From: Candidatus Bathyarchaeia archaeon
GTDB lineage: Archaea; Thermoproteota; Bathyarchaeia; Bathyarchaeales; Bathycorpusculaceae
NCBI GenBank assembly: GCA_038883715.1
Contig: JAVZLS010000005.1
Coordinates: forward strand, 14,652 to 78,651
DNA: 64,000 nucleotides
Direction of reading: 5' to 3'
The notes beneath the pieces were generated by a model. That model saw only the letters and a program-made list of their open reading frames with translations. It did no database searches and was not told the origin of the DNA. Below are positions 30,092 through 39,225 of the stretch, piece by piece (positions within the stretch are counted from its first letter, which is position 1; each line of letters opens with the position of its first letter). The position numbers were made by a program, and so were the translations under genes.

Positions 30092-31018
30092 CTATGTTAT
30101 ACTCATCACAACTTTTGCGAGGCGAATTGAGTCTTCAAGGCTTTTCATTACCGTGTTTGCCACCGTAACTTTCATTCCAAGCTTTTCTATGCGGCTTTTC
30201 TGTTCTTTATCAACTTCGTCGATTATGAAGTGTTTTAGAAGTTTTCCATAAAATTTTGCCACTCCGTAGGCTGATGGTTCGAAGCCCATGCTTGCCATTA
30301 TTTTATCAGCAGGTCCTTTAAGGGCCTTTCCGCCCACTATTGGGCTTATGCCCACTATTGGTGCTTTTGATTTTTCCAGTGCCTTTTTTATGGCTTTTAC
30401 GGAGAGAATTGGAGCTATGCTAAGGACGGGGTTACTGGGGCAGATTATTATGCGTTCAGCCTCCTCTATGGCTTGGGTGGCACCCGGTGCTGGTTCCGCC
30501 TTTTTAGAGCCTTCGAAAATTACGTCTGTAACGGGGTCTTTTGCTCCTCTTTTGACGAAGTATTCTTGAAATTCGAGGAGCGTGTTGCCAGATTTAATCT
30601 TTGTCCGCACAGGGTCGTTGCTCATTGGTATGAGGTTTGCCTCAACTCCAAGCATTTTGCATACTTTCTCTGTGGCTTGGGATAGGGTCATGCCTTCCCG
30701 TAACATTTTTGTTCTTGTTATGTGAACTGCCAAGTCTCTGTCTCCTAGACGGAACCATGTTTCAAATCCTAAGCGTCCCAGCATTTCAAGGCAGTTGAAG
30801 GTGTCGCCCGCTATACCCCAGCCTTTTTCTTCGTCCACTATTCCAGCAAGCGTGTACATTATTATGTCTAGGTCTGGGCTTATATGAAGCCCATAAAGCT
30901 CTATGTCGTCGCCCACATTGCCAATAATAAAGAGGTTTTTGGGCGGCACAACTTTTACAAGTCCTCTGAGGAGTTTTGCTGCCCCAACACCGCCGGCAAG
31001 CGCCACAACCTTTCTCAT
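30092..31018 (-). CDS. cofD: 2-phospho-L-lactate/phosphoenolpyruvate transferase (F420 biosynthesis)
   Basis: LAGGVGAAK, NVGDD, SPDLD, LGDRDLA, FQEYFV, PSNPVLSI and KGPADK motifs. Confidence 0.93.
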   Translation of the reverse strand: MRKVVALAGGVGAAKLLRGLVKVVPPKNLFIIGNVGDDIELYGLHISPDLDIIMYTLAGIVDEEKGWGIAGDTFNCLEMLGRLGFETWFRLGDRDLAVHITRTKMLREGMTLSQATEKVCKMLGVEANLIPMSNDPVRTKIKSGNTLLEFQEYFVKRGAKDPVTDVIFEGSKKAEPAPGATQAIEEAERIIICPSNPVLSIAPILSVKAIKKALEKSKAPIVGISPIVGGKALKGPADKIMASMGFEPSAYGVAKFYGKLLKHFIIDEVDKEQKSRIEKLGMKVTVANTVMKSLEDSIRLAKVVMSIT

Positions 31019-31077
31019 AAAACCACACCTATAAATTGGTTCTTAGCCTTAAAAGTGCTTGTTAGGGTGTACTCAAA

Positions 31078-31701
31078 TTGGATGCCGTTGAGCTTATTAA
31101 GACTAGGCGGAGCATCCGCAAGTTTAAAAAGGCAAAAGTTTCCCGCGAAGTTGTAAGCTCCATTTTAGATTTGGCTAGGTGGGCCCCTTCAGCGCACAAT
31201 GCTCAACCTTGGCGCGTGGTCATAATAGACGATGGCACGGTGAAGGCTAGGCTTGCCACAGCAATGGGGAGGGCTTGGCTTTCAGACATGCTCAAGGATG
31301 GCGTCCCTAAAGAAAAGGCTGAAGCAATTGTTAAGGTTGAGAGTTGGCAGCGGATAACAGAAAGCCCCATAGTCCTCATAGTCTGTCTGGCAATGGAGAA
31401 CATGCACAAATACCCAGATAAGAGAAGGCGAAAGGCTGAATATATAATGGGCGTTCAAAGCGTTGCCGCTTATGTTCAGAACTTGCTTCTTTTGGCTCAT
31501 TATTATGGGCTTGGGGCATGTTGGATTTGTGCGCCCTTATTCTGTCAAAACGCCATGAGAAAAGTTTTAGGTTTGCCCTCTGAAATTGAGCCTCAGGCAA
31601 TGGTTATAATGGGTTATCCAGATGAAAAGCCGGAGCCTCCGCCGAGGAAGCCTCTAGAGGCTTTTTCCGCATTTAATTCTTGGATTCAGCATTGGAAATA
31701 G
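31078..31701 (+). CDS. nitroreductase-family FMN protein, FbiB C-terminal/FbiE-like
   Basis: RRSIR and APSAHNAQPW nitroreductase motifs plus FbiB-like AMGRAWLSDMLKDG and MHKYPDKRRRKAEY segments. Confidence 0.8.
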   Translation: MDAVELIKTRRSIRKFKKAKVSREVVSSILDLARWAPSAHNAQPWRVVIIDDGTVKARLATAMGRAWLSDMLKDGVPKEKAEAIVKVESWQRITESPIVLIVCLAMENMHKYPDKRRRKAEYIMGVQSVAAYVQNLLLLAHYYGLGACWICAPLFCQNAMRKVLGLPSEIEPQAMVIMGYPDEKPEPPPRKPLEAFSAFNSWIQHWK

Positions 31702-31750
31702 AAAATATGTAAAGTAAAAGAGTATGGGGTGTTTGGCGGTTTTAATGGAC

Positions 31751-32485
31751 TCATTTTCTAAACTTTTGAAGCCTTATGAGAAGTTCTTTGTCGCCGTCGT
31801 AGTCTCCTGCGCATGTTGCTATTACGCCGTCCACCAAGCCCTCAAGTTTTGATGCTGTTTCCTCAACCTTTTCCATGGTTGTTGTCACTGGCCACCCGAT
31901 TAGTTTAACCATTTCTGCATTTTTGGGTGTCCCGACAAGGAAGTATGTGTATATGGGTTTGTTTAGGCGTTTGCACTCCTTCGCCACTTGCTCCAGTGCT
32001 GGAAAGGTTTTGTCTTCAAGCCTCATGAAGAAGACGAAGTCCCATGGCTCTTTGGCTCTTGCTATTGTTTCCTCGATGGTTCGGCGTGCTGTAAGTAAGC
32101 ATCCCAGTTTGACGTTTTTTAGGCGTATTGTTGTGCGTAGGAAGTCTCTGGCTTCCTCTGAAGACTTAAACATTTTTATTGGCTCTCCATATTTTGGTAT
32201 GTCTCCCATTGTTAGCACCAGCCCATCCAAGCCTACAGCGTCTGCAGCCAAAGCCAAACCTCCAACTTCGACCGGCCCCTTGTAGTGGAGTATGAATATT
32301 GGTATGACAATTTTGTCTGGATATTTGCTTTTTAGGACACAGCCCACCGCTGTGCCGCTGGGCGCTGGCATTCCGGCGGCGCTGTCAGTTATGTTCCATC
32401 CATCCACAAGGTCTTTAACTTCCTCTGCAAGCTTCAAAAATTTACGTGTAGGGACAAACTCATGCAGTATTTTCATTGAACTCAT
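31751..32485 (-). CDS. divergent methylenetetrahydrofolate reductase (MetF)-like TIM-barrel protein
   Basis: HEFVP, NITDS, IPIF and ALAADAVGLDGLVLTMGD pattern; start at ATG 32485 behind GAGGGCG. Confidence 0.6.
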   Translation of the reverse strand: MSSMKILHEFVPTRKFLKLAEEVKDLVDGWNITDSAAGMPAPSGTAVGCVLKSKYPDKIVIPIFILHYKGPVEVGGLALAADAVGLDGLVLTMGDIPKYGEPIKMFKSSEEARDFLRTTIRLKNVKLGCLLTARRTIEETIARAKEPWDFVFFMRLEDKTFPALEQVAKECKRLNKPIYTYFLVGTPKNAEMVKLIGWPVTTTMEKVEETASKLEGLVDGVIATCAGDYDGDKELLIRLQKFRK

Positions 32486-32622
32486 CTCGCCCTCTAGAGA
32501 GAACAACTTCAGCATTAAAAATTTTTGCAAAAAACTAATGAAAACATAATGTAAAACATGCTTTGCTTCAGAAAGCGGAAATTATAAAGAACACCAGCAT
32601 ACTAACATGTTGTGGATGTTTC

Positions 32623-33381
32623 ATGAACGTAATTCAGATAATTGGCGTTGAAGGCTTACCAATTATAAAGGCTGGAGACAACCTTGCAGAGCTTATTTGT
32701 AAGGCTGCTGAGCGTCAAGGGACGCCAATACAGGATGGCGACATAATAGTTGTTACACACGTTGTTGTTTCGAGGGCTGAGGGACGGGTTGTAAACTTGG
32801 ATGAGGTGACGCCTTCGCTTTTTGCGAGGACTGTTGCAGAGCTTTACGACAAGGACCCCGCCATGGTTGAGGTTGTCCTTAGGGAGGCAAAGAGCATTAG
32901 GCGCATGGCTGATGGGAAAATAATCACCGAGACAAGGCATGGGTTTGTCTGCGCCAATTCTGGGGTTGACAAGTCTAACGTGCCCGGGGAACGCTTTGTG
33001 GCTTTGCTCCCAGAAGACCCTGACGCTTCCGCCGCTAAGATTAGGCGTGAGATTAAGCGTTTAACTGGCTGTGATGTGGCTGTCATAATTTCCGACACGC
33101 ATGGCAGACCCTTAAGGGAAGGCGAAATAAATGTTGCTGTTGGCGTTTCAGGCTTGAAGCCCATAAGAGACCGCAGAGGCGAAAAGGACTTATTCGGCTA
33201 TGTTTTACGGGTTAAGCAGACAGCCGTTGCCGATGAGCTCTGCTCGGCGGCTGAGCTTGTTATTGGGCAAGCGGATGAAGGCATCCCGGTGGCTATTATC
33301 CGCGGCTACAAGTACACAAAGTCCGAGGATGCAAGGGCTACGGAGCTTATTAGACCAAGGGAGAAGGACCTATTCCTCTAA
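32623..33381 (+). CDS. cofE: coenzyme F420-0:L-glutamate ligase family protein, copy 2
   Basis: PIIKAGD, VSRAEGR, ANSGVDKSN, LPEDPDASA, SDTHGRPLREG and ADELCSAAELVIG motifs. Confidence 0.88.
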   Translation: MNVIQIIGVEGLPIIKAGDNLAELICKAAERQGTPIQDGDIIVVTHVVVSRAEGRVVNLDEVTPSLFARTVAELYDKDPAMVEVVLREAKSIRRMADGKIITETRHGFVCANSGVDKSNVPGERFVALLPEDPDASAAKIRREIKRLTGCDVAVIISDTHGRPLREGEINVAVGVSGLKPIRDRRGEKDLFGYVLRVKQTAVADELCSAAELVIGQADEGIPVAIIRGYKYTKSEDARATELIRPREKDLFL

Positions 33382-33403
33382 TAGGCGCGGATGGTGGTGC
33401 CGA

Positions 33404-34381
33404 TTGTCTTGTAAAGGAGTATCATTCAGGGAGGCTGAAAGCCTAGAAGTAATATGTTTAATGGACAACTGTATAGACTTCACATCATCCATTAACCGAC
33501 GGGAAGTCCAAGGCGTTAGAAGTTGGGTTGCGAGGCGCATGGGCAAGGGGTGGGTTGAGAAGAATTTTCGTCTACCAATAGCTGAGCATGGTTTGTCAAT
33601 GCTTATTACGGTGTACTACAATGGAAAGTCGCACAGTTTGCTCTTTGACACTGGTGTAAGCCCTATGGGATCGATTTCAAACGCATATGGTATGGGCATA
33701 AACCTTGGGCAGATTGAGGCTGTTGTCTTGTCTCATGGGCATTACGACCATTTCGGCGGACTGCTAAGCTTTATCAAAGCCATCGGTAAAGTCGACTTAC
33801 CAATAATGGTGCATGAGGACATGTTTAAAACGAGAGGTGCAGCCGAACCAGACGGTTCTGTTAGGCGATATCCAGAATTCCCAAGGGAGGCTCAAATTCG
33901 TCCAGCCAAATTCGTGAAAACAAAGGAGCCATATTTGCTGGCTGATGGCACGGTGCTTGTGACTGGCGAAATACCAAGAATAACGGATTTTGAGAAGGGC
34001 TATGCACAGCAGCGCGCCCTTGTTAACGGTGAATGGCAGCCGGACCCTTGGATTTGGGACGACCGAGCATTAGCTGTCCATGTCAAAAATAAGGGGCTTG
34101 TCATATTGTCCGGTTGTGCCCACGCTGGAATAGTTAACACGGTGCTTTATGTCCGGGAAATAGCCGGAATCGAAAGGGTCTACGCCATAATTGGCGGTTT
34201 CCACTTGTCTGGCAAAGATTGCGAAGAGCGAATAGATAAGACTGTGGAAGCACTTAAACGCTTAAAGCCAGAATTGGTTGCACCTATGCACTGCACTGGT
34301 TGGAGGGGTGCCTTTGCAATGGCAGAAGCCATGCCTGAAGCCTTCGTTTGGAACAGTGTTGGAAACCTCTACACCTTTTAA
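33404..34381 (+). CDS. MBL-fold hydrolase, MJ0301-like (annotated family: dihydropterin-RFA-P synthase)
   Basis: AEHGLS, LFDTG, LSHGHYDHFGG, SGCAHAG, GGFHL and PMHCTG motifs; TTG 33404 preceded by GGTGGTG. Confidence 0.78.
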   Translation: MSCKGVSFREAESLEVICLMDNCIDFTSSINRREVQGVRSWVARRMGKGWVEKNFRLPIAEHGLSMLITVYYNGKSHSLLFDTGVSPMGSISNAYGMGINLGQIEAVVLSHGHYDHFGGLLSFIKAIGKVDLPIMVHEDMFKTRGAAEPDGSVRRYPEFPREAQIRPAKFVKTKEPYLLADGTVLVTGEIPRITDFEKGYAQQRALVNGEWQPDPWIWDDRALAVHVKNKGLVILSGCAHAGIVNTVLYVREIAGIERVYAIIGGFHLSGKDCEERIDKTVEALKRLKPELVAPMHCTGWRGAFAMAEAMPEAFVWNSVGNLYTF

Positions 34382-34479
34382 AATTTTGGGCACAGGCTGA
34401 TGGCGAGTTTTCTGAAACTAAAAATTTAAAAGTGAGGTTTTGAAAATAAAGCATTCCAAAATTGTGGAGTTGAAATTCG

Positions 34480-35526
34480 GTGATAAGGGAGAAAAGACAA
34501 ACTCCATTCTTTAAAAGGAAGCTTGAGCCAATAGAGGTTAAAACTCCGAAGAAAATTTCAGAACTGCTTGCAGAAATGGCTAAAACTGGTTTTCAAGGCA
34601 GAAAACTGGGCGAAGTGGTTGAAGTATGGGAGGAAATGCTCAAAGACGACGTTGTAATATTTTTTGGCTATGCCGGCTCCATGAGCACTACTGGGCAGTG
34701 GAAAATTGTTAATTGGCTTATTGAGCACCGCTTTATTGACGTTATAGTTTCCACAGGTGCGAACATATCTGAAGATATCTTGGAAGCTATGGGCGGAACT
34801 TACTGGCAGGGTCACCATATGGTGGACGACCACCAGCTTTTACAATATAAGATTGATCGTTTTTACGACGTTTTTGCGGACGAGCTTGAATACCGCCAAA
34901 TGGAAAGCCTCATCGCCAACTTCATGAAGAAGTTAAGCCCAAACCGCAAATATTCCTCAGCTGAATTTCTCCATCTTTTCGGGAGAGAGCTTTCCCAAAT
35001 GGGGATTAAAAGCATAATTGCAACAGCATATGAGAACAAAGTGCCAGTTTTCTGCCCAGCCATAGTTGACAGTGGCTATGGAATCGCATACCTCCTAAAC
35101 AGGAAACTTGAAAGCAACTTCGACATAACCATAGACCAAATGCGGGACTTTGAACAGCTTGTTGATATTAAGGCTAGGGCAGCTCCAGAAAGTGCTGTAA
35201 TCTACATCGGTGGCGGTGTGCCAAAAGACTTCATCCAACTAACCACTGTTGGGAGAAGTCTAACAGAATCCAGAAAATACGAGAGGACCTATCCTCACAA
35301 GTACGCCATACAGGTTACGACTGACGCGCCTCATTGGGGCGGCTTGTCGGGCTGCACTTTTGAGGAAGCCATAAGCTGGGGTAAGGAAGCCAAGGAAGGG
35401 CGGAATGTGCAGTGTTACTGTGACGCAACAATAGCCTTACCAATGGTGGTTCACGCCTTGGCTGAGAAAATCGATAAAAGGGCGAAGATGCCAGACTTGT
35501 CTTGGCTGTTTAAGGGTTTAGAATAG
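34480..35526 (+). CDS. deoxyhypusine synthase-like protein (non-canonical clade)
   Basis: GFQGRKL, STGAN, PAIVDS, GGGVPKDF and GGLSGCTFEEAISWGK motifs. Confidence 0.85.
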   Translation: MIREKRQTPFFKRKLEPIEVKTPKKISELLAEMAKTGFQGRKLGEVVEVWEEMLKDDVVIFFGYAGSMSTTGQWKIVNWLIEHRFIDVIVSTGANISEDILEAMGGTYWQGHHMVDDHQLLQYKIDRFYDVFADELEYRQMESLIANFMKKLSPNRKYSSAEFLHLFGRELSQMGIKSIIATAYENKVPVFCPAIVDSGYGIAYLLNRKLESNFDITIDQMRDFEQLVDIKARAAPESAVIYIGGGVPKDFIQLTTVGRSLTESRKYERTYPHKYAIQVTTDAPHWGGLSGCTFEEAISWGKEAKEGRNVQCYCDATIALPMVVHALAEKIDKRAKMPDLSWLFKGLE

Positions 35527-35541
35527 CCTCTGGCGTTTTCC

Positions 35542-36465
35542 ATGGAGAAAGTGAAGGACTTCGAAATTTCGAAGGGTGTTTCCGCAGACACTATTGTCCG
35601 GCAGATGCTTGAAAGCGGAGGCTTCACAGCCAAAAACCTCGCCGTCGCCGTCGATATTCTCGAGGCGATGCTAAAAGAGCAGAAAATCCTCAACTTTCTC
35701 TCTTTTCCTGCATGCATCATTGCCACTGGCACTAGGGGCATTATTCGTGACATGGTTAAGCGTAAATGGTTCCATGTACTGGTTACGACTTGTGGCACCT
35801 TGGACCATGATTTGGCACGTTGCTACCGAGACTATTTTCAAGGCGACTTCTACATGGACGATAGGGAACTGCATAGGAAGGGCGTGAGCCGGATAGGCAA
35901 CGTGCTGGTGCCAAACGCCTCATATGGCGAAATTATCGAAGAGAAAATGGCGGAGTTCTTGAGTAGCGTTTATGCGGAAGGCAAAAGGGAACTTGCCACC
36001 TACGAGTTGTGCTGGGAGATTGGCAAACGCCTCCCCGAAAACTCGATATTATATTGGTGCTGGAGAAATGGCATACCAGTAATAGTGCCGGGCATAACAG
36101 ACGGTGCAGTGGGCTACCAGATTTGGCAGTTCAGCCAGGACCACAAAGACCTAAAAATAAACGTGCTTAAGGACGAGCAACTCCTAAACGATATGGTATG
36201 GGAAGCAAAAAAATCAGGAGCCCTAATAATAGGCGGAGGCATATCAAAACACCACGTTCTCTGGTGGAACCTATTCAGAAAGGGACTTGACTATGCCGTT
36301 TACATAACAACAGCCGTCGAATACGACGGAAGCCTATCTGGCGCTAGACCACGCGAGGCAATATCATGGGGAAAAATACGCGAAAAAGCAAAAACAGTAA
36401 CCATAGAAGCTGACGCCACAATAGCCCTACCAATAATATATGCAGCCCTCCTCGAAAGACTCTGA
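35542..36465 (+). CDS. dys: deoxyhypusine synthase (canonical archaeal)
   Basis: GGFTA, TTCGTLDHD, RIGN, GITDG, GGGISKHH and DGSLSGARPREAISWGK motifs. Confidence 0.9.
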   Translation: MEKVKDFEISKGVSADTIVRQMLESGGFTAKNLAVAVDILEAMLKEQKILNFLSFPACIIATGTRGIIRDMVKRKWFHVLVTTCGTLDHDLARCYRDYFQGDFYMDDRELHRKGVSRIGNVLVPNASYGEIIEEKMAEFLSSVYAEGKRELATYELCWEIGKRLPENSILYWCWRNGIPVIVPGITDGAVGYQIWQFSQDHKDLKINVLKDEQLLNDMVWEAKKSGALIIGGGISKHHVLWWNLFRKGLDYAVYITTAVEYDGSLSGARPREAISWGKIREKAKTVTIEADATIALPIIYAALLERL

Positions 36466-36480
36466 AATATTTCGGGCAAG

Positions 36481-37152
36481 TCAGATAAAATGTAGGATTT
36501 CATTTAAGTTCCTTATTTTTCTAATGTTCCCATCAACTTTGTTTTCTCTATCGATTAAAAAAGCGTTTAAGCCAGCCTTTAATGCGCCTTCATAATCGAT
36601 CTCAAATTCGTCTCCAACAAACACTGCTTCAGCGGGTTGAAGACCAAGCTTTTTCAAAGCGTAATTGAAAATTTCCTTTTCTGGTTTTGCTTTACCAGCA
36701 ACGTCTATGCAAACTTCTACGTCGAAGAAGCCTTTAAGGTTGAGTTTTAAAAGAACTTTTTCCAAGTCATATTTAAAGGTGTTTGTTATTATGCCCGTCT
36801 TCAAGCTTCTTTCTCTAAGCTTCTGCAAAACTTCCGGCACTTCTGGATAAAGCGATATGTCAGCATATTCCCACCATTCCCTATCAATAGCCTCCGCCAA
36901 TGGTAACGCAACATCTTTTATTCCTAAAGACTCGAGAACTATAAGATTAAGGTTCACCCAAAATTTTGCCCCAAGCTCTATCATCTTATCAACGTCCAAT
37001 TTTTCCCTCGCTTTCTCCACCGCCTTACTAATTTTTTCAATAGGCTTGATTATCCCATGCGCTTTGAGGATCTTCTCAAAAACCTTCGGCGTTGGCTCCG
37101 GCTTAACCAGCGTTCCACCCATATCAAAAAGAATAGCCTTTATCTCAGCCAT
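36481..37152 (-). CDS. HAD-IA family hydrolase
   Basis: FDMGGTL, ITN, KPEKEIF and VGDEFEID motifs. Confidence 0.88.
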   Translation of the reverse strand: MAEIKAILFDMGGTLVKPEPTPKVFEKILKAHGIIKPIEKISKAVEKAREKLDVDKMIELGAKFWVNLNLIVLESLGIKDVALPLAEAIDREWWEYADISLYPEVPEVLQKLRERSLKTGIITNTFKYDLEKVLLKLNLKGFFDVEVCIDVAGKAKPEKEIFNYALKKLGLQPAEAVFVGDEFEIDYEGALKAGLNAFLIDRENKVDGNIRKIRNLNEILHFI

Positions 37153-37462
37153 TATGAAATACCTTCTCCGGTCACACATTTTTGTACTTATGATACCTTA
37201 AACTTTATTATTTCACATGGATTTAAACCATAATTTTATCGAATTCAAAATTTTATGGCTATGCGCGTGCCCTTGTGCTTTATGTGTAAATCTTGTAACC
37301 CCGTCTTTCAGAGACATATCTGAATTTGGTCTCGACCAATTGCTTGTTCTCTTAAATTGCACAGGCAGCACCTCTTTTATGTCTCCTAACAGAAATTAAA
37401 GTAAGTGAAGGTCGCAACGGTTTGACTTGCCATTAACTATGATTTTTGTATTGCTTTCCGGT

Positions 37463-38128
37463 TTATACTGTTTCTTTGGCTCTTTTAATTTTGTCGATTA
37501 GCTTTTCGTTAAACTTTTTCCGGGGAATAGCGATTATCTCTCTCACTTCTAGGCCTTTTTCTATGTCTGTGCTTTTTGGGATAGGTGCAGGTTTGACGAT
37601 TATTGCGCAGTCGGCTCCTCCGCCAAGCCAGCCTGTTCCAGCTATTGCTATAACTTCCTTGTCGATTGGAACCGTGCCTGCCTCAGCTGCTATTAGGGCT
37701 ACTTCCAATGCTGTTTTAAATCCATAACCCATACATCTGCTTACGAATTCGTGTATAGCCCATGATGGTGCGGCTCTTCCCAAAAATTGAGCGTCGAAAG
37801 TTACTCCCTTAAAGACGTATTGAGTTTCCTCAACAATTTTAACCTTTAAACCTTCAAGCTTTTCCCTAATATCGCCTGTTATGCCAGGCCATTTACCGCT
37901 CTCCGGCCATGCAAGCCTAAGCCCCGCATAAGCCGTAACACAAACAACCTTAACCCCAAACTCCTTCAACGCCTCCGCAACCTTCAAAGCAGTTTTTCCA
38001 CTCTCAGAAGCCACAACAACATACTCAATTCCTGAGCCCTTGACCCTTCTCTTAACAGCCTCGATCAAAGCCTCAGTATTTTGAGGCCCAGGCTCATCAA
38101 AATATCTTATATTTTCATCATGAAACAT
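37463..38128 (-). CDS. pyruvate kinase C-terminal-like protein (MTH1675/DUF1867 family)
   Basis: YFDEPGPQNT, VVASESGKTA, GFKTALEVALIAAEAG and IAIAGTG...GADCA motifs; GAGGTG RBS before ATG 38128. Confidence 0.8.
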   Translation of the reverse strand: MFHDENIRYFDEPGPQNTEALIEAVKRRVKGSGIEYVVVASESGKTALKVAEALKEFGVKVVCVTAYAGLRLAWPESGKWPGITGDIREKLEGLKVKIVEETQYVFKGVTFDAQFLGRAAPSWAIHEFVSRCMGYGFKTALEVALIAAEAGTVPIDKEVIAIAGTGWLGGGADCAIIVKPAPIPKSTDIEKGLEVREIIAIPRKKFNEKLIDKIKRAKETV

Positions 38129-38388
38129 ATTATCACCTCTTCTTCTATAAAATTTAAAATTTTCCTCACAGAGACAATCATTCACAGGAGATAAAATACA
38201 AGCGTAACCCTAAAAATGATGTTCCATTAGTCATCGATAACAGAAGGGCAAGTTTGGATGTTTTTAAATAGAGGTCTTTAGCGTTTGTAAATGCTTATAT
38301 GGGATGAGATGCTAGTTTGGCGATGTGAGTTGTTGTTTGGAAATTGGCAGAATATGTCCGTATGGAAGAGTTAATTGTCTAGCTGTAA

Positions 38389-39177
38389 GTGGTTTTTATG
38401 AAGGTGGCTGTTTCTGGTAAGGGCGGCGTCGGCAAGACTCTTGTTGCTGGCGGTTTGGCGTACGCCTTAACCAAGAGAGGGTTTAAGACCATTGCTATCG
38501 ATGCTGACCCTTCACCTAACCTTGCTTTAACTTTAGGCTTGTCCTCCGAGGAAGCCAGCCGTATAGTGCCCATATCAGAGAATAGGCAGCTTATTGATGC
38601 GAAAACGAGTACTGGTTATGCTGGTGTTTTCCGCTTGACATTCACTGTTGATGATATTGTTCGGGACTACGCCGTTAAGACGCCTTTTGGCGTGAACTTG
38701 ATTGTTATGGGGACTATTCGTTCTATGGGGGTTGGGTGTACTTGTCCGGCTAATGCTGTTATCCGTTCGCTTTTGAGGCACTTGGTTGTTGAACGTGGCG
38801 AGGCTGTTGTTTTGGACATGGAGGCTGGTGTTGAGCACATGGGGCGGGGCACAGCGCGGCATGTGGATGCCATGCTTGTTGTTGTTAATGCTAATGTGAA
38901 GGCTCTTGAAACAGCTAAACGCATCCATGAGTTAGGCATAAAAGCCGGAATGAGTCGCATCCTTCTGGTTGGAAACAAAATTGAAAATGAGGCTCAAAAA
39001 GAGGCTATTGAAAAGTACGCCAAAGAAAACAGCTTGACGGTTCTGGATTATTTGCCCTTCGACCCAAAAGTTGTGGAGACTGAAATGAGAGGCGAAACAC
39101 CACTAAAATATGAGGATGCCCCAGCCATTAAAGCCATAGAAAGATTATGCGACAAACTTTTGCAAGGCAACACCTAA
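38389..39177 (+). CDS. cooC: CODH nickel-insertion ATPase CooC
   Basis: GKGGVGKT, DADP, GCTCP and DMEAGVEH motifs. Confidence 0.9.
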   Translation: MVFMKVAVSGKGGVGKTLVAGGLAYALTKRGFKTIAIDADPSPNLALTLGLSSEEASRIVPISENRQLIDAKTSTGYAGVFRLTFTVDDIVRDYAVKTPFGVNLIVMGTIRSMGVGCTCPANAVIRSLLRHLVVERGEAVVLDMEAGVEHMGRGTARHVDAMLVVVNANVKALETAKRIHELGIKAGMSRILLVGNKIENEAQKEAIEKYAKENSLTVLDYLPFDPKVVETEMRGETPLKYEDAPAIKAIERLCDKLLQGNT

Positions 39178-39225
39178 TAATGCCTAAAGCAATAGGATGA
39201 ACCAGCCAAGAAGGGAACTTAAAGC

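Noticed and set aside
33200-33403. N-terminal extension of the MBL ORF overlapping cofE
   Set aside because: Artefact of longest-ORF calling; a TTG with an RBS at 33404 follows the cofE stop.
37180-37462. Possible small ORF or structured RNA between the HAD and PK_C-like genes
   Set aside because: Short ORFs on both strands lack recognisable motifs and no convincing stem pattern was seen.
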